A stretch of DNA of 64,000 bases, from assembly GCA_017408915.1 (NCBI GenBank), contig JAFQTS010000032.1:11507-75506 (forward strand), given 5' to 3'. The notes beneath the pieces are model-generated. The model was not told the DNA's origin. It worked only from the letters and a program-made list of their open reading frames with translations, and did not search any database. Position 1 is the stretch's first letter. Each line of letters opens with the position of its first letter. Origin of the DNA: Oscillospiraceae bacterium (GTDB lineage: Bacteria > Bacillota > Clostridia > Oscillospirales > Oscillospiraceae). Below are positions 56,645-64,000 of the stretch, piece after piece. Made by a program: the position numbers and the translations under genes.

Positions 56645-57379
56645 ATGTCCGGACATTCCAAATGGCACAATATTCAGAAGACGAAGGGCGCACAGGATGC
56701 CAAGCGCAGCGCTGCATTCACCAAGATCGCTAAGGAGATCATTGTGGCGGTGAAGCAGGGCGGCAGCGGCGACCCCAACAATAACTCCCGTTTGGCAACC
56801 GTCATCGCTAAGGCGAAGGCTGCCAATATGCCCAACGATAACATTAAGCGCACCATCGATAAGGCTCTGGGTGCCGGTAACACCGATAACTACGAGTCCG
56901 TTACTTACGAAGGCTACGGCCCCTCCGGCGTCGCCGTCATCGTGGAGGCGCTGACCGATAACCGTAATCGTACTGCTCCTGAGATCCGTCACTATTTCGA
57001 TAAGTACGGTAAGGGCATGGGCGCACAGGGCTGCGTCAGCTGGTCCTTCGACCGCAAGGGTGTCATCATCATCAACAATGAGGATGAGGAGCTGGATGAA
57101 GAGATGGTCATGATGGATGCACTGGATGCTGGTGCTGAGGACTTCGAGGCCGACGGCCCTGTGTTTGACATCAAGACCGATCCCGATAGCTTCAATGAGG
57201 TGGTTGCTGCTCTTGAAGGTAAGGGCTACACCTTCGTTAGCGCCGAGATCGAGATGGTACCTCAGAACTACATCAAGCTGGACAGCGAGGATGACATCAA
57301 GATGATGACCAAGCTGCTGGACATGATGGAGGACAACGAGGACGTGCAGAACGTGTGGCACAACTGGGATCAGGAGTAA
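56645..57379 (+). CDS. yebC: YebC/PmpR family protein
   Basis: MSGHSKW, YEGYGP.G and TDN.NRT. Confidence 0.95.
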   Translation: MSGHSKWHNIQKTKGAQDAKRSAAFTKIAKEIIVAVKQGGSGDPNNNSRLATVIAKAKAANMPNDNIKRTIDKALGAGNTDNYESVTYEGYGPSGVAVIVEALTDNRNRTAPEIRHYFDKYGKGMGAQGCVSWSFDRKGVIIINNEDEELDEEMVMMDALDAGAEDFEADGPVFDIKTDPDSFNEVVAALEGKGYTFVSAEIEMVPQNYIKLDSEDDIKMMTKLLDMMEDNEDVQNVWHNWDQE

Positions 57380-57393
57380 TTTATATCAGTGAT

Positions 57394-57429
57394 AAGTACC
57401 GCTTCACACAGAGTGAAGCGGTACTTTTT
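57394..57429 (+). terminator. Terminator after yebC
   Basis: AAGTACCGCTTCAC-acaga-GTGAAGCGGTACTTTTT. Confidence 0.85.
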
Positions 57430-57567
57430 ACTGTCAGTTTACATTAGCTTTTTCACCAAAGCCTCCGCTGTTTTCGACGGCTTTTTCAGCCCAACGCCCA
57501 TTGTTTCCTATGATGAAAAAGGGCTATAATGTCTTTACAGAAGATTTCATTTGGAGGCGCTATTTCC

Positions 57568-58737
57568 ATGTATCATATCAAAACACTGAATTCCATCTCC
57601 GAGGTAGGTTTGGAGCGATTCGACCCCGCCAACTACATGATTTGTGGTGACGAGTATTGCCTTGAAGGTATTCTCGTCCGTTCCGCTAAAATGCACGACT
57701 ATGAATTCCCCGAGAGCCTGTTGGCAATCGCCCGCGCCGGTGCAGGTGTCAATAACATCCCTCTGGAGCGTTGCAGCGAGGCAGGTATCGCCGTATTCAA
57801 TACCCCCGGCGCCAACGCCAATGCGGTGAAAGAACTGGTGCTGTGCGCACTCCTTATGAGTTCTCGTGACATCGCCGGCGGCATTCGCTGGGTACGGGAA
57901 CAGGCTGCTACAGGTATTGAGGTTTCCGAAGTGGTGGAGAAGTGGAAGTCTGCTTTTATCGGCCCTGAGCTGTACCATAAGTCTCTCGGTATCATTGGCC
58001 TCGGTGCTATCGGTGCATTGGTGGCCAATATGGCCATTAAGCTGGGCATGGATGTATACGGTTACGATCCTTTCCTGTCCGTCGACTCTGCCCTGCGTCT
58101 TGACCGCCATATCCATGTTATGAAGGATGTGCAGGAGCTCTATAGGAAGTCCGATTATATTACCATCCACACCCTGTACACTCCCGACACGGCAAGAATG
58201 ATCAACGCAGAGGCTTTTGCCGCTATGAAGCAGGGAGTACGCCTTATAAACCTGGCCCGTGGTGAGATCGTGGATGACGATGCCGTGCTGGCAGCTTTGG
58301 ATACCGGTAAGGTTGCCGCCTATGTGACCGACTTCCCCAATAACCGTCTCTTGGAAGCCCCTCATGTGATCGGTATGCCCCACTTAGGTGCCTCCACTCC
58401 CGAGAGTGAGCAGAACTGCGCTGTCATGGCGGCAGATCAGGTACGGGAGTATCTGGAAACGGGAAATATTACCAATTCCGTCAACTATCCCGCCGTCAAT
58501 ATGGATCCCAGCGGCGTGATGCGCCTGTGCATCATTCATAAGAATGTGCCCGCCATGCTGGCAAACATTACGGCACTCCTGAGCCGTGACCATGTGAACG
58601 TGGAGAATCTCAGCAATAAATCCCGCGGCGATTATGCCTATACGCTGGTGGATTTGGGCACGAAGGTAGGGGAGGACGTCATTGAAGATGTCCGCAATCT
58701 TGAAAACGTGATCCGCGTCCGTGCAATTGAATGGTGA
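57568..58737 (+). CDS. serA: D-3-phosphoglycerate dehydrogenase with ACT domain
   Basis: RAGAGVNNIP, NTPGANANAV, GLGAIG, PHLGAST and C-terminal HKNVP ACT domain. Confidence 0.9.
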   Translation: MYHIKTLNSISEVGLERFDPANYMICGDEYCLEGILVRSAKMHDYEFPESLLAIARAGAGVNNIPLERCSEAGIAVFNTPGANANAVKELVLCALLMSSRDIAGGIRWVREQAATGIEVSEVVEKWKSAFIGPELYHKSLGIIGLGAIGALVANMAIKLGMDVYGYDPFLSVDSALRLDRHIHVMKDVQELYRKSDYITIHTLYTPDTARMINAEAFAAMKQGVRLINLARGEIVDDDAVLAALDTGKVAAYVTDFPNNRLLEAPHVIGMPHLGASTPESEQNCAVMAADQVREYLETGNITNSVNYPAVNMDPSGVMRLCIIHKNVPAMLANITALLSRDHVNVENLSNKSRGDYAYTLVDLGTKVGEDVIEDVRNLENVIRVRAIEW

Positions 58738-58744
58738 ATCTATG

Positions 58745-58772
58745 AAAGGCAGCTCGTATGAGCTGCCTTTTT
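58745..58772 (+). terminator. Terminator after serA
   Basis: AAAGGCAGCTC-gtat-GAGCTGCCTTTTT. Confidence 0.8.
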
Positions 58773-58841
58773 GCTTATCTTGCAATCAATGATAAAATAA
58801 CATATAATATATGTAAGAAACTCCGAAAGGAATGTATCGAT

Positions 58842-59933
58842 ATGGAAGTAACATTACAGCATCTGACCAAGCGATTTCCTGCCAGCGGTAAAAAAGGTAA
58901 GGATGTCATTGCGGTAAATGATTTTAATGTTGTGATCCCCGATGGAAAGCTGATCGGTCTGCTGGGCCCTTCCGGCTGCGGTAAATCTACTGCTTTGAAT
59001 CTCCTGTCGGGACTTTTGAAGCCCACCTCCGGCAAGATCTTCTTTGGTGATGATGATGTGACGAACCTGCCTGCGGAAAACCGCGGCGTTGGTCTTGTGT
59101 TTCAAAATTACGCATTGTATCCCCATTTGACTGTGAAGCAGAACATCACTTTCCCGCTGGAGAACCGTAAGGGAAAGGACAAGCTCACCAAACAGCAAAT
59201 GTCGGATATGGCGTTGGAGGCAGCAAAGCTGGTGCAGTTGGAGGGCTTGATGGATCGCAAACCCAGCGAGCTTTCCGGTGGTCAGCAGCAGCGTGTGGCC
59301 ATTGCCCGTGCGCTGGTGAAGATGCCCCGCATCTTGCTGCTGGACGAGCCTCTTTCCAATCTGGATGCCCGTTTGCGTCTGCAGACCCGCGAAGAACTGC
59401 GCCGCATCCAGCGGGAGACAGGGATTACCACCATCTTTGTCACCCACGATCAGGAAGAGGCCATGTCTATTTCTGATCTTATCATCGTGATGAAAGATGG
59501 TATTATCCACCAAATCGATCTTCCTCAGGCGGTATACGATTCTCCTGTGGATCTCTTTGTGGCCAAGTTCTTGGGTACGCCGCCCATCAACGTGTTCGAA
59601 GGCTATGTAAAAGGGGAGAAGCTGTATATTGGCGAGGAGGCGGTGCTGGATGTGCCGGGCGTTGTCGATCAACCTGTGACGGCGACCATCCGTCCCGAGG
59701 GCTTTGTGCTGGCTGAGAACGGCGCATTGACCTGCAATCTCAATCGTGTGGAGGTCATGGGTCGCGATATCAGCGTGGTTTCTACCCACCCCTTATGTGA
59801 AAACGAGAGCATTCGCTCCATTATCAGCGCTGAGAATATTGCGCAGATCACGGGGGATAAGGTGCGCTTTGACCTCAAGGAGGACAAGGTGTTCCTGTTC
59901 CATAAGGAGACAGAACAGCGAATTGAGTTTTAA
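58842..59933 (+). CDS. ABC transporter ATP-binding protein (MalK/UgpC-like)
   Basis: GPSGCGKS, FQNYALYPH, LSGGQQQR and LLDEP. Confidence 0.93.
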   Translation: MEVTLQHLTKRFPASGKKGKDVIAVNDFNVVIPDGKLIGLLGPSGCGKSTALNLLSGLLKPTSGKIFFGDDDVTNLPAENRGVGLVFQNYALYPHLTVKQNITFPLENRKGKDKLTKQQMSDMALEAAKLVQLEGLMDRKPSELSGGQQQRVAIARALVKMPRILLLDEPLSNLDARLRLQTREELRRIQRETGITTIFVTHDQEEAMSISDLIIVMKDGIIHQIDLPQAVYDSPVDLFVAKFLGTPPINVFEGYVKGEKLYIGEEAVLDVPGVVDQPVTATIRPEGFVLAENGALTCNLNRVEVMGRDISVVSTHPLCENESIRSIISAENIAQITGDKVRFDLKEDKVFLFHKETEQRIEF

Positions 59934-59948
59934 CTGAGGAGAGCAAGT

Positions 59949-60839
59949 ATGGAAAACAATAATCGCAAGGGATGGCTGTACTTACTGCCTGCCATTGCTT
60001 TTCTCGGTCTGTTCATGGTGTATCCCCTCATTGACGTGTTTCTCTACTCTTTTGAAGAGGGCTACAATTTCGCATCTCAGACCTATTTGGGTATTGGCGG
60101 CTATAACTACGGCTATGTGCTGCATGATCCCTACTTTTTGCAGGCACTGAAGAATACCTTCATCCTCGTTATCATCACCGTTCCTGTGTCTACAGGTCTT
60201 GCGCTGCTGATTTCTGTGGGACTAAGTTCTATCAAAAAGGTACGGGAACTGTATCAGACAATTTTCTTCCTGCCGTATGTGACCAACACGCTGGCGGTGG
60301 GTCTGGTGTTTATGATCCTGTTTAAGCAGACGCCCTACACCGACGGTTTGGCAAACTTGATCCTCTCTTGGTTCAACGCAGGGCCTGTGGACTTCATTGA
60401 CGGCCCGTATTGGGCGAAGATGTTCGTGCTGTGCCTCTATACCGTGTGGATCGTCATGCCTTTCAAGGTGCTGATCCTCACCAGTGCACTGGCCTCAGTA
60501 GACGAGATCTACTATAACGCCGCAAAGGTGGATGGTACGTCCAAGTTCCGCATTTTTACCAAGATCACGCTGCCCATGATTTCGCCGACGCTGTTCTATC
60601 TTATTATTACCGGCTTTATCGGTGCATTCAAGGCCTATTCTGATGCCGTGGCGCTCTTTGGTGTAGATTTGAACGCTGCGGAGATGAACACCATTGTGGG
60701 CTACATCTACGATATGCTATACGGTAACTCCGGCGGCTATCCGTCCTATGCTTCCGCTGCTGCCATTATCCTCTTTGCTATCGTGCTGACCATTACCTGC
60801 ATCAACCTCTTGGTCAGCAAGAAGCACGTCCATTATTAA
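59949..60839 (+). CDS. CUT1-family ABC permease (UgpA-like)
   Basis: Six TM, FFLPYV and EAA-type loop YNAAKVDG. Confidence 0.92.
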   Translation: MENNNRKGWLYLLPAIAFLGLFMVYPLIDVFLYSFEEGYNFASQTYLGIGGYNYGYVLHDPYFLQALKNTFILVIITVPVSTGLALLISVGLSSIKKVRELYQTIFFLPYVTNTLAVGLVFMILFKQTPYTDGLANLILSWFNAGPVDFIDGPYWAKMFVLCLYTVWIVMPFKVLILTSALASVDEIYYNAAKVDGTSKFRIFTKITLPMISPTLFYLIITGFIGAFKAYSDAVALFGVDLNAAEMNTIVGYIYDMLYGNSGGYPSYASAAAIILFAIVLTITCINLLVSKKHVHY

Positions 60840-60843
60840 GGGG

Positions 60844-61716
60844 GTGGCTACATTGGATTTTGAAAAGATCGAACGCGCCGCCCGCAGAAGAAAACTGGTA
60901 ATGAACATCATTACCTATGTGCTGCTGTCCGTTTGGGCGGTCATTGTGCTGTTCCCATTTTATTGGATGGTGCTGACCTCTGTGAAAGGGTACGGCGCCT
61001 ATAACTCCGAGTGGATCCCGCAGATGTACACCCTTTCGCCCACGCTGCAGAACTATGTGGAGGCGTTTACCGCCGTTCCTTTGGGTGGCTATTTCACCAA
61101 CACGGTGATCTTCACCGTCATCACTACGGCACTGATGCTGATCGTGACGGTTTTGGCGGCATTTGCTTTCTCCCGTCTGCACTTCCGTGGCAAGGAATTA
61201 TCCTTTACACTCTTTTTGTCTCTCATGATGATCCCTACGGAGCTTGTGGTGATCACCAACTATGTAACCATCACCAACATGGATATGCGGAATACCTTCG
61301 CAGGCTTGATTCTGCCCAGTGTTACTTCCGTGTTCTATATTTACCTGCTGAAGGAGAACTTCGCCCAGATCCCCGACGAGCTTTACTATGCGGCGAAGGT
61401 GGACGGCACATCTGATCTTAAGTATTTGCTGAAGGTGATGATCCCCATTTGTAAGCCCACCATCATTACCATCACCATTTTGAAGGTCATCGAGTGCTGG
61501 AACTCCTACGTCTGGCCTCGCTTGGTGACGGATGATCAGGCGTACTTCCTCGTGTCCAACGGTATTCAGGAAATCCGCGAAAACGGCTTTGGTCGAGAGA
61601 ATATCCCTGCCATGATGGCGGCGGTGGTGGTCATTTCTCTGCCGCTGATCGTGTTGTTCCTTTTGTTCCGCAAGAAGATCATGGAGGGCGTGTCCAGAGG
61701 AGGTACAAAGGGATGA
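60844..61716 (+). CDS. CUT1-family ABC permease (UgpE-like)
   Basis: IPDELYYAAKVDG and WNSYVWP. Confidence 0.92.
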   Translation: MATLDFEKIERAARRRKLVMNIITYVLLSVWAVIVLFPFYWMVLTSVKGYGAYNSEWIPQMYTLSPTLQNYVEAFTAVPLGGYFTNTVIFTVITTALMLIVTVLAAFAFSRLHFRGKELSFTLFLSLMMIPTELVVITNYVTITNMDMRNTFAGLILPSVTSVFYIYLLKENFAQIPDELYYAAKVDGTSDLKYLLKVMIPICKPTIITITILKVIECWNSYVWPRLVTDDQAYFLVSNGIQEIRENGFGRENIPAMMAAVVVISLPLIVLFLLFRKKIMEGVSRGGTKG

Positions 61717-63305
61717 AAAAGTTTGTATCGATTCTGTTGCTCCTTGTGATGCTTCTTTCTCTCACGGCCTGTCACGGCTCGAAGGACGAGCGCACCTTTG
61801 CCATTCCCGAGGAGTTCGACACTACAAAGAACTACGAGATCTCCTTCTGGGCGAAAAATGACACCAACATGACACAGGTGGAGATCTACAAAAACGCTAT
61901 TGCCGCTTTTGAAGACCTCTATCCCAACATTAAGGTGAATCTGCGGCTCTATACCGACTATGGCAAGATCTATAACGATGTCATCACCAATATTGCCACA
62001 GATACCACCCCCAATGTGTGCATTACCTATCCCGACCATATTGCCACCTATTTGACGGGCAGTGATACGGTTGTGCCGCTGGATACCCTCTTTTCCGATG
62101 AGAAATACGGCCTTGGCGGCAGTGAAGTCCGATTTGATGCACCTTCCCAAGAAGAGATCATTCCCCAATTCTTGGAGGAGTGCGCCTTTAACGGGCATTA
62201 TTACGCCATTCCCTATATGCGCTCCACGGAAGCCTGCTATGTGAACAAAACCTATGTGGAGAAGCTGGGTTTTACGCTGCCCGAGCAGCTGACGTGGGAC
62301 TTCGTATGGGAGGTCAGCGAAGCGGCAACGGCGCAGGACAGCGAGGGGAATTATCTACTGAACGGGCAGAAGGTGCTGATTCCCTTCATCTATAAGTCCA
62401 CGGACAATATGATGATCCAAATGCTGGCACAGCGTAATGCAGGCTATTCCACGGAAGCGGGGGAGATCCTGCTGTTCAATGACACCACGGATGAGATTTT
62501 GGCTACGGTGGCCTCTCACGTTGACTCGGGGGCATTCAACACCTTCAAGCTGGCAGGGTATCCCGCCAACTTCCTCAACGCAGGTCAGTGTATCTTTGCC
62601 ATTGACTCTACAGCAGGTGCAACGTGGATGGGCTCGGATGCCCCGCTGGTAGATATTGCCGAGGAAAAGCTTGTGCAGTTTGAAACAGCGGTCATGACGA
62701 TCCCCCAGTACGATACCGAGAATCCCCGCATGATCTCTCAAGGCCCGTCTATGTGTGTGTTTAATAAGGCCGATCCTCAGGAAGTGCTGGCATCGTGGCT
62801 GTTTGCGCAGTTTATGCTGACCAACGAGGTGCAGATCGCCTATTCTCAGACGGAGGGCTATGCGCCCGTAACATCGAAGGCGCAGAATTCAGCAGAATAC
62901 CGCGATTATCTCTCTCGCAGCGGCGAGGATAATGAGCTGTACTATGATGTGAAGATCGAAGCAACAGAATTGCTGCTGGACAACACGGAAAACACCTTTG
63001 TTACGCCTGTGTTCAACGGATCTGCATCTCTTCGCAACGCGGCAGGACAACTCATTGAGAATGTCAACAAGGCAGTGCGCCGCAATCAAACCTTTGACGA
63101 GGCATATGTGGACGAACTCTACGATGAGGTCTCGGCGCTCTATCGCCTTGATCAAATCAGCACCACAGCAGGGAAGAGCGACTTCGGGCCGCTGCCTCGC
63201 GCATCTGTGGCTTTGATCGTTGTACTGGTACTGTGCTGGTTGGGTATGGGTGTCTATGTTGGGGTTTCCTATCTGAAAAAGAGAAAGTCCAACAAAAACC
63301 ATTGA
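61713..63305 (+). CDS. Extracellular solute-binding lipoprotein with an additional C-terminal TM anchor
   Basis: Lipobox LTAC (Cys20); family-1 SBP features (YPNIKV, YAIPY); C-terminal hydrophobic helix plus KKRK. Confidence 0.88.
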   Translation: MKKFVSILLLLVMLLSLTACHGSKDERTFAIPEEFDTTKNYEISFWAKNDTNMTQVEIYKNAIAAFEDLYPNIKVNLRLYTDYGKIYNDVITNIATDTTPNVCITYPDHIATYLTGSDTVVPLDTLFSDEKYGLGGSEVRFDAPSQEEIIPQFLEECAFNGHYYAIPYMRSTEACYVNKTYVEKLGFTLPEQLTWDFVWEVSEAATAQDSEGNYLLNGQKVLIPFIYKSTDNMMIQMLAQRNAGYSTEAGEILLFNDTTDEILATVASHVDSGAFNTFKLAGYPANFLNAGQCIFAIDSTAGATWMGSDAPLVDIAEEKLVQFETAVMTIPQYDTENPRMISQGPSMCVFNKADPQEVLASWLFAQFMLTNEVQIAYSQTEGYAPVTSKAQNSAEYRDYLSRSGEDNELYYDVKIEATELLLDNTENTFVTPVFNGSASLRNAAGQLIENVNKAVRRNQTFDEAYVDELYDEVSALYRLDQISTTAGKSDFGPLPRASVALIVVLVLCWLGMGVYVGVSYLKKRKSNKNH

Positions 63306-63379
63306 TTTTCAGAAAAACAGATGTATAATGGACAAGGTGCGAAAAGTGCGCACAACATGATTTAAAGGAGATTTGTATC

Positions 63380-64000
63380 ATGAAAAAGTTTCTTGCATTG
63401 ATGATGGCTTTGGTCATGGTTCTGGGCCTCGCCGCCTGCGCTAAGACTGATGCTCCCCCTGTAGATGAAGATCCCGCAGGTGATGAAGTTGTCGTTGAGG
63501 ATAACGGCGCTATGACCCATGAGGAGTACATGGCTGCTGAGCTGGATTCCGCTGTGACCATCGAGACCTATGTTCAGGGCCACCAGTCCTGGTGGGACAA
63601 CAAGATCACTGTGTACTGCCAGAGCCCCGATGGCGCTTACTTCCTGTATGAGCTGGCTTGCTCTGAGGAAGATGCTGCCAAGCTGGTTCCCGGCACCAAG
63701 ATCCTCGTTGAGGGCTTCAAGGGCGAGTGGGCCGGTGAGGTCGAGGTTATGGACGGCACCTTCACCTTCGTTGAGGGCGGCGATACCTTCATCGCTGAGG
63801 CTCTGGATGTTACCGAGCTGCTGGGCACCGACGAGCTGATCGCTCACCAGAACGAGTTCGTGTCCTTCAAGGGTCTGACTGTTGAGGCCGTGGAGTACAA
63901 GAACGGTGAGCCCGGCGATGACATCTATGTTACTCTCGGTTACAACGGCGCTTCCTATGACTTCTGCGTCGAGGTCTACCTGACCGGTCCCGAGTCTGAT
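63380..64000 (+). CDS. Hypothetical acidic lipoprotein (runs off the window end)
   Basis: RBS AAGGAG; MKKFLALMMALVMVLGLAAC lipobox; open to 64000; strongly biased codon usage. Missing from the ORF track because there is no stop in the window. Confidence 0.85.
   Translation, partial: MKKFLALMMALVMVLGLAACAKTDAPPVDEDPAGDEVVVEDNGAMTHEEYMAAELDSAVTIETYVQGHQSWWDNKITVYCQSPDGAYFLYELACSEEDAAKLVPGTKILVEGFKGEWAGEVEVMDGTFTFVEGGDTFIAEALDVTELLGTDELIAHQNEFVSFKGLTVEAVEYKNGEPGDDIYVTLGYNGASYDFCVEVYLTGPESD

Noticed and set aside
1-64000. CRISPR arrays, rRNA, IS elements and defence systems
   Set aside because: No regularly spaced repeats, rRNA-like sequence, transposase or defence-type ORFs were seen

Overview
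A 64 kb chromosomal segment from a moderately GC-rich, spore-forming clostridial Firmicute; gene content and style suggest Oscillospiraceae (inference). Most of it is conserved housekeeping and sporulation synteny: feoB tail, ROK-nagA, spoIVFA/B, the TIGR03960/TIGR03936 radical SAM pair, rplS-rbgA-rnhB-yraN, tig-clpP-clpX-lon-engB, pckA, asnA, ptb, queA-tgt-yajC, spoIIM-xerD, ruvCAB-glmM, sigH, trmK-nif3-yebC and serA. There are two tRNAs, Pro-CGG and Arg-ACG. The main accessory content is a roughly 19 kb selenium/molybdenum purine-hydroxylase region: a fused Se-dependent Xdh, mocA, xdhABC, a sensor-less ModE-type HTH, and a Cys desulfurase-DUF3343-yqeB-selD-yedE-TusA-xdhC operon. The two parts share a 28-bp ModE-type palindrome (20/28 identical) placed differently relative to their promoters. 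Other points of interest: an ABC importer whose binding lipoprotein also has a C-terminal membrane anchor, followed by an unannotated acidic lipoprotein; a decayed island at tRNA-Pro with a back-to-back deletion scar; a nested 47-bp operator palindrome over the promoter of a PadR operon; and tandem Xer-arm-like repeats upstream of spoIIM-xerD. I saw no CRISPR array, intact mobile element, rRNA or selenocysteine codon. All calls come from reading motifs by eye; no database searches were run.
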